DNA of 64,000 nucleotides from Candidatus Hydrogenedens sp. (GTDB lineage Bacteria; Hydrogenedentota; Hydrogenedentia; Hydrogenedentales; Hydrogenedentaceae): NCBI GenBank assembly GCA_049968235.1, contig JBMFRC010000007.1, positions 32,001 to 96,000 of the forward strand, read 5' to 3'. Shown piece by piece: positions 53,216 to 64,000 of this stretch (position 1 is its first letter; each line of letters starts with the position of its first letter). The notes under the pieces were generated by a model. It saw only the letters and a program-made list of their open reading frames with translations, ran no database searches and was not told where the DNA came from. The position numbers and the translations under genes were made by a program.

Positions 53216-54634
53216 TTACTCTTGAGCAGAGGAATAAGGGGGTATGGCTGAAACATGAACGGGGATTAGGAAATGTATAAATATTACGGAACAAATTCCT
53301 ATAACGCCGGAAATAATCATTACCAAATCGAGCCCTGTAATCTGTATTATTGGAGCAAAAAATAATCGTAAAGGTATCCGCATAAAATGTAAATATGTAC
53401 TTAAAGGAATCTGTAATACAGTTCCGTATTCTGCAATATAACCTGCTAAAATAGGGGCTATTCCTGCAACCAAACCGTTCAAGGAACTATTTAGAGCTAA
53501 GGGTGCTGTAGCTTTACCACGAGGAGTTGTAGAAAAAATAAGATTCGTAAGGCACAAATTAATTCCTGCCACACAAATGCCAGAAATAACATGAAGGAAC
53601 AATATTAAATACCATTGAATAATATCATTTTTCAATTCTGCAGATATAAACCATGAAAAAACCGTAGCAAAGAAAATAGGAATACATAGGTATAGTAAAG
53701 AACGATTTCCATACCTTGTAGAGAATTTTTTCCAGTAGGCAAAAGAAATGACATTAGCAAATTGGTTCAAAACGGTTAAACAGATAATAATCAATAAGGA
53801 ATAACCAATTCGTTTCATTAGAAAAACCGGTAAAAAAGGATTGGCAAAATTAAAAATAGCGTTCCAGATGATACAAAATATCATTGTCTTACGAAAGTAA
53901 GTATTTTTTAAAGATTCTTTGAATGGTTTCCAGAAAGAGTAGCTCTGATGCGAAGAACGACTTTGTTCATAAAAAGGATTGTACAAATCTCGAACATTAT
54001 GTATTGCGATCGATGAACCTAATCCCAAAATTCCTGCAAGGGTAAATACTCCCGAATAGCCAAAAAGCATGTATTGCGAATGATTATTTTTTATAAATTC
54101 CAGACCCAAGGCACCGATAAAACTCGCAACCGCTCCTAATAAAGTGGCAAAGATAAACCGTTGAGTTAATACCTGGTAAAAGGTCTCGGGATTGAAGAAA
54201 TCGCGAAACCATGTGCTAAAAGCACAACCACCCACATTTGCCGATGATACATAGATAACATATAAAACGAAGAATATAGGAAGAACCTGGCTTTTGATAA
54301 AAAAGATAGGAATAAGTCCACAAAATAATACTGCTACTCTACTTAAAGTTAGAGCAAATAAAGCAATAAATTTTCTTTTAGGGTATCTTTCCACTAAGAA
54401 TGTCGCTGGTATTTGTAAAATTTGAGCCAGTGGAATAAGTGCATTTAACAGCCCAACAACAACATAACTTGCTCCGAGATATAAAGCAAAAGCACTTAGA
54501 AAGGCTCCCGTGCTAAGGCTTGTCATACCTTGTGCTAAGGTTGCATCAATAACAAAAAAATTTTTATTTTTATCAATATAATTGCTATTGATATCCTGTA
54601 AATCTTTCTGATTTGTAGAAACAAGAATACTCAT
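53216..54634 (-). CDS. polytopic membrane transporter, probably MFS-type
   Basis: Approx. 12 predicted TM helices in two halves, with loop motifs of the 'VERYPKRK' and 'TPRGK' type between TM2-3 and TM8-9, reminiscent of MFS signature loops. Confidence 0.45.
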   Translation of the reverse strand: MSILVSTNQKDLQDINSNYIDKNKNFFVIDATLAQGMTSLSTGAFLSAFALYLGASYVVVGLLNALIPLAQILQIPATFLVERYPKRKFIALFALTLSRVAVLFCGLIPIFFIKSQVLPIFFVLYVIYVSSANVGGCAFSTWFRDFFNPETFYQVLTQRFIFATLLGAVASFIGALGLEFIKNNHSQYMLFGYSGVFTLAGILGLGSSIAIHNVRDLYNPFYEQSRSSHQSYSFWKPFKESLKNTYFRKTMIFCIIWNAIFNFANPFLPVFLMKRIGYSLLIIICLTVLNQFANVISFAYWKKFSTRYGNRSLLYLCIPIFFATVFSWFISAELKNDIIQWYLILFLHVISGICVAGINLCLTNLIFSTTPRGKATAPLALNSSLNGLVAGIAPILAGYIAEYGTVLQIPLSTYLHFMRIPLRLFFAPIIQITGLDLVMIISGVIGICSVIFIHFLIPVHVSAIPPYSSAQE

Positions 54635-54711
54635 TTGTCAATATATAGTAGTAGTTTTGCTATTATACAATATGTTGTTATTAAAAAATAAAAAAAATTA
54701 GAATATAAAAA

Positions 54712-54734
54712 ATAGTGCATCCTTAGATGCACTA
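54712..54734. promoter_or_regulatory. perfect 9-bp-stem hairpin flanked by A/T runs in the MFS/recF divergent region
   Basis: 'tagtgcatc cctta gatgcacta' with T8 downstream on the plus strand and a long T-rich run downstream on the minus strand. A minus-strand extended -10 (TGGTATAAT, 54778..54786) lies approx. 45 nt upstream. Confidence 0.4.
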
Positions 54735-54868
54735 CAATATTATCTTTATTTTTTGTTTATGTGTTTACTTTCGTAATATTATACCACAAACATTAGAAAA
54801 AGTTACATTTATTTCATAATAATCCTCAAAAAAGTAAAAAAGTTTCACTCTTCGTAAAAATTAAAGAT

Positions 54869-55951
54869 ATGTACTTGAAAAATTTTTATGCACGGTCTTT
54901 CCGATGTATTACGGATTTAAATGTAGAATTTCATCCGGAGATGAATATTATTATAGGAGCCAATGCACAGGGCAAAACTTCTTTATTGGAGGCAGTCCAT
55001 TTCTTATCATTAGCTCGTAGTTTAAGGACAAATAATGAAAGGGAATTGGTGCAATATGAAAAGGATGGTTTTTTACTTAAAGGGGAAGTTATATCTGATG
55101 AGAAAATAACGGAGTCAATATTCATTGATATGAAATGGGTAAAAGGAGATAAGAGGATTCATGTCAATGGTATTGGTCTTGAAAGAGTAAGCGAATTAAT
55201 TGGAAAGATGCGTATAGTATTCCTGACAAGTGATTTTTCCGACCTTGTAAGTGAAGGGGCAAGTCATCGCAGGCGGTTTATGGACGTCCAACTTTCCCAG
55301 ATGGATAGTGGATACCTTCATGCACTGCAAGGGTACCAGCGAGCGCTTCGTCAAAGGAATGAATTACTTCGCAAACCCGATGTAAAACAAGATGAATTAT
55401 GGGTTTGGGAATTACAAATGGCTGAATTTGCCAGAACGCTTATTGGTAAGCGGAGTAGTTTTATAAAAAGTATCAAACCTTTTGCATCGGATATTCACAC
55501 CCAGATTATATCAGATGAAAAATTAGAAATTTGTTATTTACCGGATGTTGCGGAAGAAGTATTTTTGAAGAAATTAGAAGAGAATCGTAATACAGATATT
55601 CAGAGAGGGCAAACAATTCATGGTCCACATAGAGACGATATAGAAGTAAGGATTAATGGCTATCCTGTTCGTCAATATGCATCACAAGGGCAGAAAAAAA
55701 CCTGTGCCTATGCAATACGTATTTCAGAAATTTATCTAAGTAAAGAGGGGAAGAAAGATTGTCCCATCGTGCTTGCAGATGAATTATTTTCAGACATTGA
55801 CCCACAACGAGGGAAAAAATTTTTAGAAACAATTCCGGAAGGAGTGCAGGTTATAATAACAGCAGTAGATGAAATTTTTTGTCGGAATTTAGAAAGAAAT
55901 TTTGATATGTATCGAATAAGGAGAGGTAGTCTTGAAAGGTCACAGGAGTAA
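54869..55951 (+). CDS. recF: DNA replication and repair protein RecF
   Basis: Walker A 'GANAQGKTSLLEA' and SMC/RecF-type signature 'ASQGQKKT'. N-terminal 'MYLKNFYARSFR'. Confidence 0.9.
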   Translation: MYLKNFYARSFRCITDLNVEFHPEMNIIIGANAQGKTSLLEAVHFLSLARSLRTNNERELVQYEKDGFLLKGEVISDEKITESIFIDMKWVKGDKRIHVNGIGLERVSELIGKMRIVFLTSDFSDLVSEGASHRRRFMDVQLSQMDSGYLHALQGYQRALRQRNELLRKPDVKQDELWVWELQMAEFARTLIGKRSSFIKSIKPFASDIHTQIISDEKLEICYLPDVAEEVFLKKLEENRNTDIQRGQTIHGPHRDDIEVRINGYPVRQYASQGQKKTCAYAIRISEIYLSKEGKKDCPIVLADELFSDIDPQRGKKFLETIPEGVQVIITAVDEIFCRNLERNFDMYRIRRGSLERSQE

Positions 55952-56243
55952 ACCTAAAAAAATATCAGAAATAATTTCAAATATTAAAAACTCAGAGGCT
56001 CTTAAATTAAGTTTTGAATTAGTTCCCATATGGAATCAATGGAAACAGATTGTGGGTGAAGAATTTTCATCGCTGTCAGAACCATCCGGATACCGACGGG
56101 GAAAACTTCACATAAAAGTGAAGAATACCACTGTTATGCACCGATTAACCTTTGAGAAGGAACAGATATTAAGAAAGATAAAAGAAATTCTTCCAAAGGA
56201 TGTTGTTAAAGATTTATTCTTTGAACTGGATGAAAAAGAATAG
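55932..56243 (+). CDS. DUF721/DciA-like small protein (the conserved gene found downstream of recF)
   Basis: Approx. 100 aa, overlaps the recF stop, and 'KLHIKVKNTTVMHRLTFEKEQILRKI' matches the DUF721 pattern. Confidence 0.6.
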   Translation: MKGHRSKPKKISEIISNIKNSEALKLSFELVPIWNQWKQIVGEEFSSLSEPSGYRRGKLHIKVKNTTVMHRLTFEKEQILRKIKEILPKDVVKDLFFELDEKE

Positions 56244-56268
56244 TAAAAATTTTTTGTGGTTTCGTTTT

Positions 56269-58803
56269 TTATTCCGAATTTTGCTCGTTTTCAGGGGTAT
56301 TTTCAAACAAGTCACCCGTTTCATCTTCATTTTCTTCTTCGGTGTAAGAACCTTCGGGTAATTCTCCTTCCGCGTCACTTTTTTTAATGGCTTTATCGGC
56401 GGAAGCAATTTTTGCTCCTTCACGTAGGTTCATTAATTGCACACCTTTGGTATTTCGACCAATCACGCGGATACTTTTAACGGGTATACGAAGCATTTTC
56501 CCATCCGTGGCAACAACTACAATATCTTCATCATCACTCACGGTGAGCATGGTAACTACATTACCATTACGTTCCTGCGTCTGTATGTTGATAATACCCT
56601 TTCCTCCACGATGCTGAATACGGTATTCCTTTACTTCTGTCCGCTTACCATAACCGTTTTCTGTAACGGTAAGAACGGTTAAATTATCTTTGGCAACAGA
56701 TACACCTACGACATAGTCATCTTTATCAAGACGAATACCTACTACTCCCTGAGCAGTTCTACCCATAGGACGAACATCTTTTTCAGGGAATCTTATTGCA
56801 AGACCTCTATGAGTTGCTAAAAGGACATTATCTATTCCGGAGGTAACAAGAACATCCATGAGTTCGTCACCTTGTTCTAAAGTAATTGCCTGGATACCTG
56901 TGGAACGAGGTTTGCTATAAGCGAATAATGGCGTTTTCTTGACGAGTCCTTTCCTAGTTACCATAAAGAGGAATTTACTTTCATCTTTTAGATTTTTTAT
57001 CGAAAGGAAAGCGGTAACTTTTTCCTTATCCCCAAGAGCAAGCAAATTCTTGATATTCCTTCCTCTTGCTGTTCTACCTGCTTCAGGAATCTCATGTACT
57101 TTTCGCCAATAAACACGCCCTTCATTGGTGAAAAACATGAGGTATTCATGAGCGGTAGCAGTAAAAACATGTTTTACAAAGTCATCTTCGGGAGTTTCCA
57201 TTCCCATAACCCCCTGACCTCTTCGTCGTTGTTTGCGAGATGTTGTCTGAGGCATGCGTTTAATATATCCCTGATTGGATACCGTTATAATCATGGCTTC
57301 GTCGGCAATAAGGTCTTCAATATCAAAATCTTCTATTGTCTCTAAAATCTCGGTTTTTCTCTCATCTCCATATTTTTCACGAATTTTCTCCACTTCTTTC
57401 CGAACTTCAGCAAGAATGTTCTCACGACTGGAAAGTATGTGCTTAAGCCGTTTAATTTCTTTAAGCAGGTTGTCGTATTCTTCCTGTAATTCTTTTCGTT
57501 CTAATCCGGTTAATCTCCGTAGAGGCATGGCAAGAATGGCTTTCGCCTGTTCAACAGAAATGTCTAATTTCTTACATAATTTTGTTTGTGCTTCTTCTGC
57601 GTTTGCAGATTTCCGTATTAAATTAATTACTTCGTCAATCTGGTCAATGGCTTTTAATAAGCCTTCAAGGATATGTGCACGTCTTTCTGCCTGTTCTAAA
57701 TCAAAACGAGTTCTTCGTTCTACAATTTCAGATCTATACTGGACATAGTGTTGAATCATGTCTTTCAGATTTAATACGCGAGGGATATTATTTACTAATG
57801 CTAAAAAATGGATTCGTGATGTATTTTGTAATTGTGTATGCTGGTATAGTTGATTTAGGACAACCTGAGGATTGGCATCACTTTTGAGTTCAATAATTAA
57901 ACGCATACCTTCACGGTCAGACTCATCACGGAGGTCAGTTATACCGGATACTTTATTATTTTCTACCGCCTTTGCAATAGATTCAATAACGGTTTGTTTT
58001 GTAACCTGATATGGAATTTCTTCAACAAGCAAACTTTTCTTTTTCGTCTTTTCTTGAGAAACAACTTTAATTCTTGCCCGAAGTTTTACCTGGCCCGTTC
58101 CAGTTTTATAGGCACGGCGAATCCCTTCCTTACCGCAGATAATAGCCCCAGTGGGGAAATCGGGTCCCGGAACAATTTCCATAAATTCTTCTACAGGAGC
58201 GGAGGGATTATCTATGTAGTAAATAATTGCATTACAGATTTCTGTTAAATTATGCGGGGGACAGTCTGTAGCCATGCCAACAGCAATACCATAAGACCCG
58301 TTTACAAGGAGGTTCGGGAAACCGGAAGGTAAAACAGTGGGTTCATCGAGACGACCATCGAAATTGGGACGCATCTCAACAGTATTTTTTTCTATATCCG
58401 TCAACATTTCTAAAGCAATGGGTGTTAACCTTGCTTCGGTATATCGATATGCTGCTGGACTGTCTCCATCAATAGAACCAAAGTTCCCCTGTCCATCAAC
58501 CATCGGATAACGCATGTTCCAATCTTGTGCTAATCGAACAAGAGCATCATAAACTGCCTGGTCCCCGTGTGGATGATATTTTCCGAGACATTCACCGACA
58601 ATAGTAGCACACTTGCGGTATGGACGATTGGGTGTTAATCCTAATTGATGCATAACAAAGAGTATTCGTCTTTGAACCGGTTTCAGCCCATCACGAATAT
58701 CGGGCAATGCACGGCTTACAATTACACTCATGGAATAATCGAGGAAAGCGGTTTGCATTTCCTGTTCAATAGGGACTGGCTTTATATTCTGATTCACCGC
58801 CAT
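56269..58803 (-). CDS. gyrA: DNA gyrase subunit A
   Basis: 'PDIRDGLKPVQRRILF', catalytic Tyr in 'AAYRYTEARL', and C-terminal beta-pinwheel repeats with an acidic tail. Confidence 0.95.
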   Translation of the reverse strand: MAVNQNIKPVPIEQEMQTAFLDYSMSVIVSRALPDIRDGLKPVQRRILFVMHQLGLTPNRPYRKCATIVGECLGKYHPHGDQAVYDALVRLAQDWNMRYPMVDGQGNFGSIDGDSPAAYRYTEARLTPIALEMLTDIEKNTVEMRPNFDGRLDEPTVLPSGFPNLLVNGSYGIAVGMATDCPPHNLTEICNAIIYYIDNPSAPVEEFMEIVPGPDFPTGAIICGKEGIRRAYKTGTGQVKLRARIKVVSQEKTKKKSLLVEEIPYQVTKQTVIESIAKAVENNKVSGITDLRDESDREGMRLIIELKSDANPQVVLNQLYQHTQLQNTSRIHFLALVNNIPRVLNLKDMIQHYVQYRSEIVERRTRFDLEQAERRAHILEGLLKAIDQIDEVINLIRKSANAEEAQTKLCKKLDISVEQAKAILAMPLRRLTGLERKELQEEYDNLLKEIKRLKHILSSRENILAEVRKEVEKIREKYGDERKTEILETIEDFDIEDLIADEAMIITVSNQGYIKRMPQTTSRKQRRRGQGVMGMETPEDDFVKHVFTATAHEYLMFFTNEGRVYWRKVHEIPEAGRTARGRNIKNLLALGDKEKVTAFLSIKNLKDESKFLFMVTRKGLVKKTPLFAYSKPRSTGIQAITLEQGDELMDVLVTSGIDNVLLATHRGLAIRFPEKDVRPMGRTAQGVVGIRLDKDDYVVGVSVAKDNLTVLTVTENGYGKRTEVKEYRIQHRGGKGIINIQTQERNGNVVTMLTVSDDEDIVVVATDGKMLRIPVKSIRVIGRNTKGVQLMNLREGAKIASADKAIKKSDAEGELPEGSYTEEENEDETGDLFENTPENEQNSE

Positions 58804-58840
58804 GTTTTTCTCCTAAGGTGTTTTATGTATCTATTAGAAA

Positions 58841-61315
<2,475 letters not shown>

Positions 61316-61473
61316 TTACAAGGGAAGGAATTAAGTAAGTTTATTATATCAAATTACGATAATAAAGGGCAATAAAAAATACTTAAAAATAAATACTTAA
61401 TTGAAGAAAAATATAATTCATTAGAGGAGAAATTGTTTGCAAATAAGAATCAATCAATAATTTAGAAAAAAAA

Positions 61474-61552
61474 TGGTGGGCGATACTGGACTTGAACCAG
61501 TGACCCCTTGCATGTCAAGCAAGTACTCTAACCACCTGAGCTAATCGCCCAC
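61474..61552 (-). tRNA. tRNA-Val (anticodon GAC), CCA encoded
   Basis: Reverse complement reads GTGGGCGATTAGCTCAGGTGGTTAGAGTACTTGCTTGACATGCAAGGGGTCACTGGTTCAAGTCCAGTATCGCCCACCA. Cloverleaf with a D-arm GCTCAGGTGGTTAGAGT, anticodon loop TTGACAT and T-arm GGTTCAAGTCC. Confidence 0.85.
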
Positions 61553-61572
61553 TCAATATAATGTGGATATAA

Positions 61573-61601
61573 ATTATAACAATCTATTGATGTATTGTCA
61601 A
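61573..61601 (-). promoter_or_regulatory. near-consensus sigma70 promoter for tRNA-Val (TTGACA-17 nt-TATAAT with a TG extension)
   Basis: Minus strand reads aatTTGACAatacatcaatagattgtTATAATttatatccacattatattga, then the tRNA. The -10 is about 20 nt upstream of the tRNA 5' end. Confidence 0.6.
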
Positions 61602-61650
61602 ATTATTAAATATTAAGACATTGGGTGTTGTGGTGTGTTGGTTTGAAATA

Positions 61651-62979
61651 TTATATATTTGGATTGAATGGATATTTGTTCTCGGGTAGAACTTTCATTT
61701 GTGTACAAATACTATACGGATTTCCAAAGGAACCAGGAAAACGGACTTCAATGTAGTATGCACTCCAGCCAGTTCTAGGTTCGCTTAATTTTGCTTTGGC
61801 TTTTCCCTTTCCTTTTAAGGGTGCACTTTCCCATTTGGAGTTTCTAAAATCACGGTTATTAGAATCGGCTTTCCAGAGATAGGCAGTTCCTTCCGGGTTG
61901 TCCCATTTTACTGTAATTACATTTCTTTTTGAAACTTCCCATGAGATAGAAGGAAATGATTTTTTTTCTTTTATTTTTAGGAAAAATTCTGCTAATGTTG
62001 CAATACCTGATGGAGATACATCATGACCTGTATTGGGTTGGTAACATAAATATTTTGGAGCAGGAAGACCAGGGAAGTATAAATTGGCAGAATCCACAGT
62101 CCAATAGGGGTCATTGGTGCCAAGGATAATTAATTTGGGTAGAGTGAGTGAATTCCTGTAACTATAGGGGTCAACAATACTTAATAATTGTTCTCCTTTA
62201 GGTGAATGCATCCTTTGCGGGATTTTAAGACGGGTATAATCTTCAATCTCACTGCTGAAAGTTCCATAACACTCTAATTGATGAAGCATTTGTTGCTTCA
62301 TATTTAGCACATCAATCACAACGGGAGCAATAGCAACCACTCGAGGGTCACCCGTGGCTGAGGTTAGCCATGTGGTCCAACCTCTTTTGGAGCCACCTGT
62401 AAGAACAAATCGTTTGATTTCGTGATTATCTGTATCCTTCTGAACGGACTGGATGGTATCCATAGCACGAACAGCACTCTTTACCATAGGTAATAATAAA
62501 GGCCATTCGTCACCTTCGCCATTAAGATACTTATCATAGGTGTATGAAATAATTTCATCCTCATTTCTACCGTCAAAAAGGGGTTGATTGGGAACTTGAG
62601 AAAGAACTGCTATAACGGAATTTGTTTTTTTTGCAACTGTGAGAGCAATTTTAAATTCTATAGAATTAATATTGGGCTCTTTTTGTTTATTTGAACCGCC
62701 ACTAATGACAAGCATGGATATATCAGAATTCTTTATTTCAGGTGGGCATAGCAGAACGAGCCAATGTGTCCATACTATATTTTGCCATGTCTGTGATGTT
62801 AACTGAACGATCTTTACTTTGCAACCTTCAACATCTTTCGTATCCATAATTTCATAAGAATAGGTCGGGTCGGGTTTGCTCACATAATTTTTTAAGTCAG
62901 CATGAGTAATAGAAGAGATAAATAAAAAATTTAAAAATAAAGGAAAGATGAACACAATAAATAACCTATGCTTTTTCAT
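61651..62979 (-). CDS. secreted hypothetical protein, possibly of the PhoPQ-activated pathogenicity-related (alpha/beta-hydrolase-like) family
   Basis: Signal peptide 'MKKHRLFIVFIFPLFLNFLFISSITHA'. 'VLTGGSKRGWTTW' resembles the SKRGW motif I associate with that family. Otherwise unassigned. Confidence 0.3.
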   Translation of the reverse strand: MKKHRLFIVFIFPLFLNFLFISSITHADLKNYVSKPDPTYSYEIMDTKDVEGCKVKIVQLTSQTWQNIVWTHWLVLLCPPEIKNSDISMLVISGGSNKQKEPNINSIEFKIALTVAKKTNSVIAVLSQVPNQPLFDGRNEDEIISYTYDKYLNGEGDEWPLLLPMVKSAVRAMDTIQSVQKDTDNHEIKRFVLTGGSKRGWTTWLTSATGDPRVVAIAPVVIDVLNMKQQMLHQLECYGTFSSEIEDYTRLKIPQRMHSPKGEQLLSIVDPYSYRNSLTLPKLIILGTNDPYWTVDSANLYFPGLPAPKYLCYQPNTGHDVSPSGIATLAEFFLKIKEKKSFPSISWEVSKRNVITVKWDNPEGTAYLWKADSNNRDFRNSKWESAPLKGKGKAKAKLSEPRTGWSAYYIEVRFPGSFGNPYSICTQMKVLPENKYPFNPNI

Positions 62980-63033
62980 AAAAAGTCTCCTATTAAAGGG
63001 TTTAATAAAAACTATTTATATTAAGACACACCA

Positions 63034-64000
63034 TTATTTAAAACGGTTTCTCTTCTGAAAATGAGAAAGGTCATGAGGTAAGATATCTTCTTTTCTTATT
63101 CTTCCGGGGGAAATGCCATCTTGTTCAATACTTTTTCGAATCCGTAGATAAGATTCATAGCGGATAATGGATATTTCTCCTCTTTTAATTGCTTCACGGA
63201 CGGCGCAGTTAGGTTCATGAACGTGGGAACAGTCATTAAAACGGCACATTTCAGAAAATCGGGATATTTCCGGAAAGTAATAATCAAGGGAACGCGGGTC
63301 TATATCCCAGAAACCTAAGGAACGGATACCAGGAGTATCAATTAATTTGCCACCATTGGATAAGCAGTAAAGATGTGTATTGGTAGTAGCATGTTTCCCT
63401 TTTTCCGTTTTTTGACTGATTTCAAGTGTTACTGCATCTACATCGGGACAAATACATCGAAGAAGGGAAGTTTTACCTACACCGCTATGTCCTGCTAACA
63501 CACCTATTTTATTTTCTAATAGTTTTATAATTTCTCCAATTCCTTGTTTCTTCACACAACTGGTAAAGATTGTTTTTAATCCGAGATTTTGATAAATTTT
63601 AACTTCTTCAGGTAGGGTATCTATAAGGTCTATTTTATTGATAACAATTACAGGTTCCACATTCCCATTTTCAGCGACGATAAGAAATCGGTCTATAAGC
63701 CCGGATTTAAATGTAGGCTGTTTTACAGATGCGACAATGAATAGAATGTCTACATTGGCGGAGATAACTTGTTCGGGTGGTCCTTCACGGTCAACAGAAA
63801 GCCTGCTTAATTTCGATTTACGTGGTGCAATTCCTCGAATAATAGGTTCTCCATCTTCCTGATAATCAACAAGTACGCGGTCACCCGGTGCAATAAGACT
63901 GGACTCTTTTTCGCGTAGTCGTTCATCTATTTTACATTGGAGTTCTTCCTTGTTTATTGAATTGTCAAGAAGAACAAAAGCCCATTTCTTACTATGGGAA
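63034..64000 (-). CDS. rsgA: ribosome small-subunit-dependent GTPase A (5'-partial; the frame is open to the window end)
   Basis: Circularly permuted GTPase ('VINKIDL' G4, then 'GHSGVGKTSLL' G1), a C-terminal zinc finger ('CRFNDCSHVHEPNC'), and an OB-fold region ('GDRVLVDYQEDGEP') in the upstream part. There is no stop in frame from 63661 to 64000, so the track's GTG start at 63660 is internal. Confidence 0.85.
   Translation of the reverse strand, partial: SHSKKWAFVLLDNSINKEELQCKIDERLREKESSLIAPGDRVLVDYQEDGEPIIRGIAPRKSKLSRLSVDREGPPEQVISANVDILFIVASVKQPTFKSGLIDRFLIVAENGNVEPVIVINKIDLIDTLPEEVKIYQNLGLKTIFTSCVKKQGIGEIIKLLENKIGVLAGHSGVGKTSLLRCICPDVDAVTLEISQKTEKGKHATTNTHLYCLSNGGKLIDTPGIRSLGFWDIDPRSLDYYFPEISRFSEMCRFNDCSHVHEPNCAVREAIKRGEISIIRYESYLRIRKSIEQDGISPGRIRKEDILPHDLSHFQKRNRFK

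Noticed and set aside
53163-53285. 26-aa GTG-initiated plus-strand ORF after an AAAGGAGGG sequence
   Set aside because: The SD-to-GTG spacing is only 3 nt, and the ORF overlaps the 3' end of the MFS gene on the other strand.

Overview
This window looks like chromosomal DNA from a low-GC bacterium (roughly mid-30s % GC by eye) with a Gram-negative-type envelope; the envelope inference rests on the PilQ secretin and the twin-arginine (Tat) signal peptides. Most of the window is housekeeping: a type IV pilus pilM-N-O-P-Q operon (pilM truncated at the window start), uvrA, ispE-ubiB, aspC, nagB, a nudix-pncB-nadE NAD salvage cluster, recF-DUF721, gyrB-gyrA, tRNA-Val(GAC) and a 5'-truncated rsgA. 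Interleaved with these are many signal-peptide-bearing glycoside hydrolases (GH2 beta-galactosidase, GH5 with a Tat signal, a clan GH-A enzyme, and one more putative GH) and several large secreted proteins. The strongest candidates for something undescribed are: (i) an 840-bp AT-rich intergenic region between two secreted GH genes, which carries two tightly linked paralogous small-peptide genes (36 and 40 aa, each with a near-perfect Shine-Dalgarno) that are absent from the ORF track, followed by two identical copies of a 13-bp-stem hairpin; and (ii) an adjacent pair of secreted proteins that share Gly/Glu-rich 'EGxxEG' repeats and carry dockerin/EF-hand-like calcium-binding motifs, a PKD domain and a parallel beta-helix domain. 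Weaker observations are a sphingosine-1-phosphate-lyase-like gene and a neutral-ceramidase-like gene about 3.6 kb apart, a Tat-exported Fe/Mn superoxide dismutase, homopolymeric tracts inside pilQ and a CoA-transferase gene, and a short promoter-hairpin-T-run module in the MFS/recF divergent region. I saw no CRISPR array, rRNA, IS element or obvious prophage. Every functional call is based on motifs read by eye from the translations; no database search was possible.
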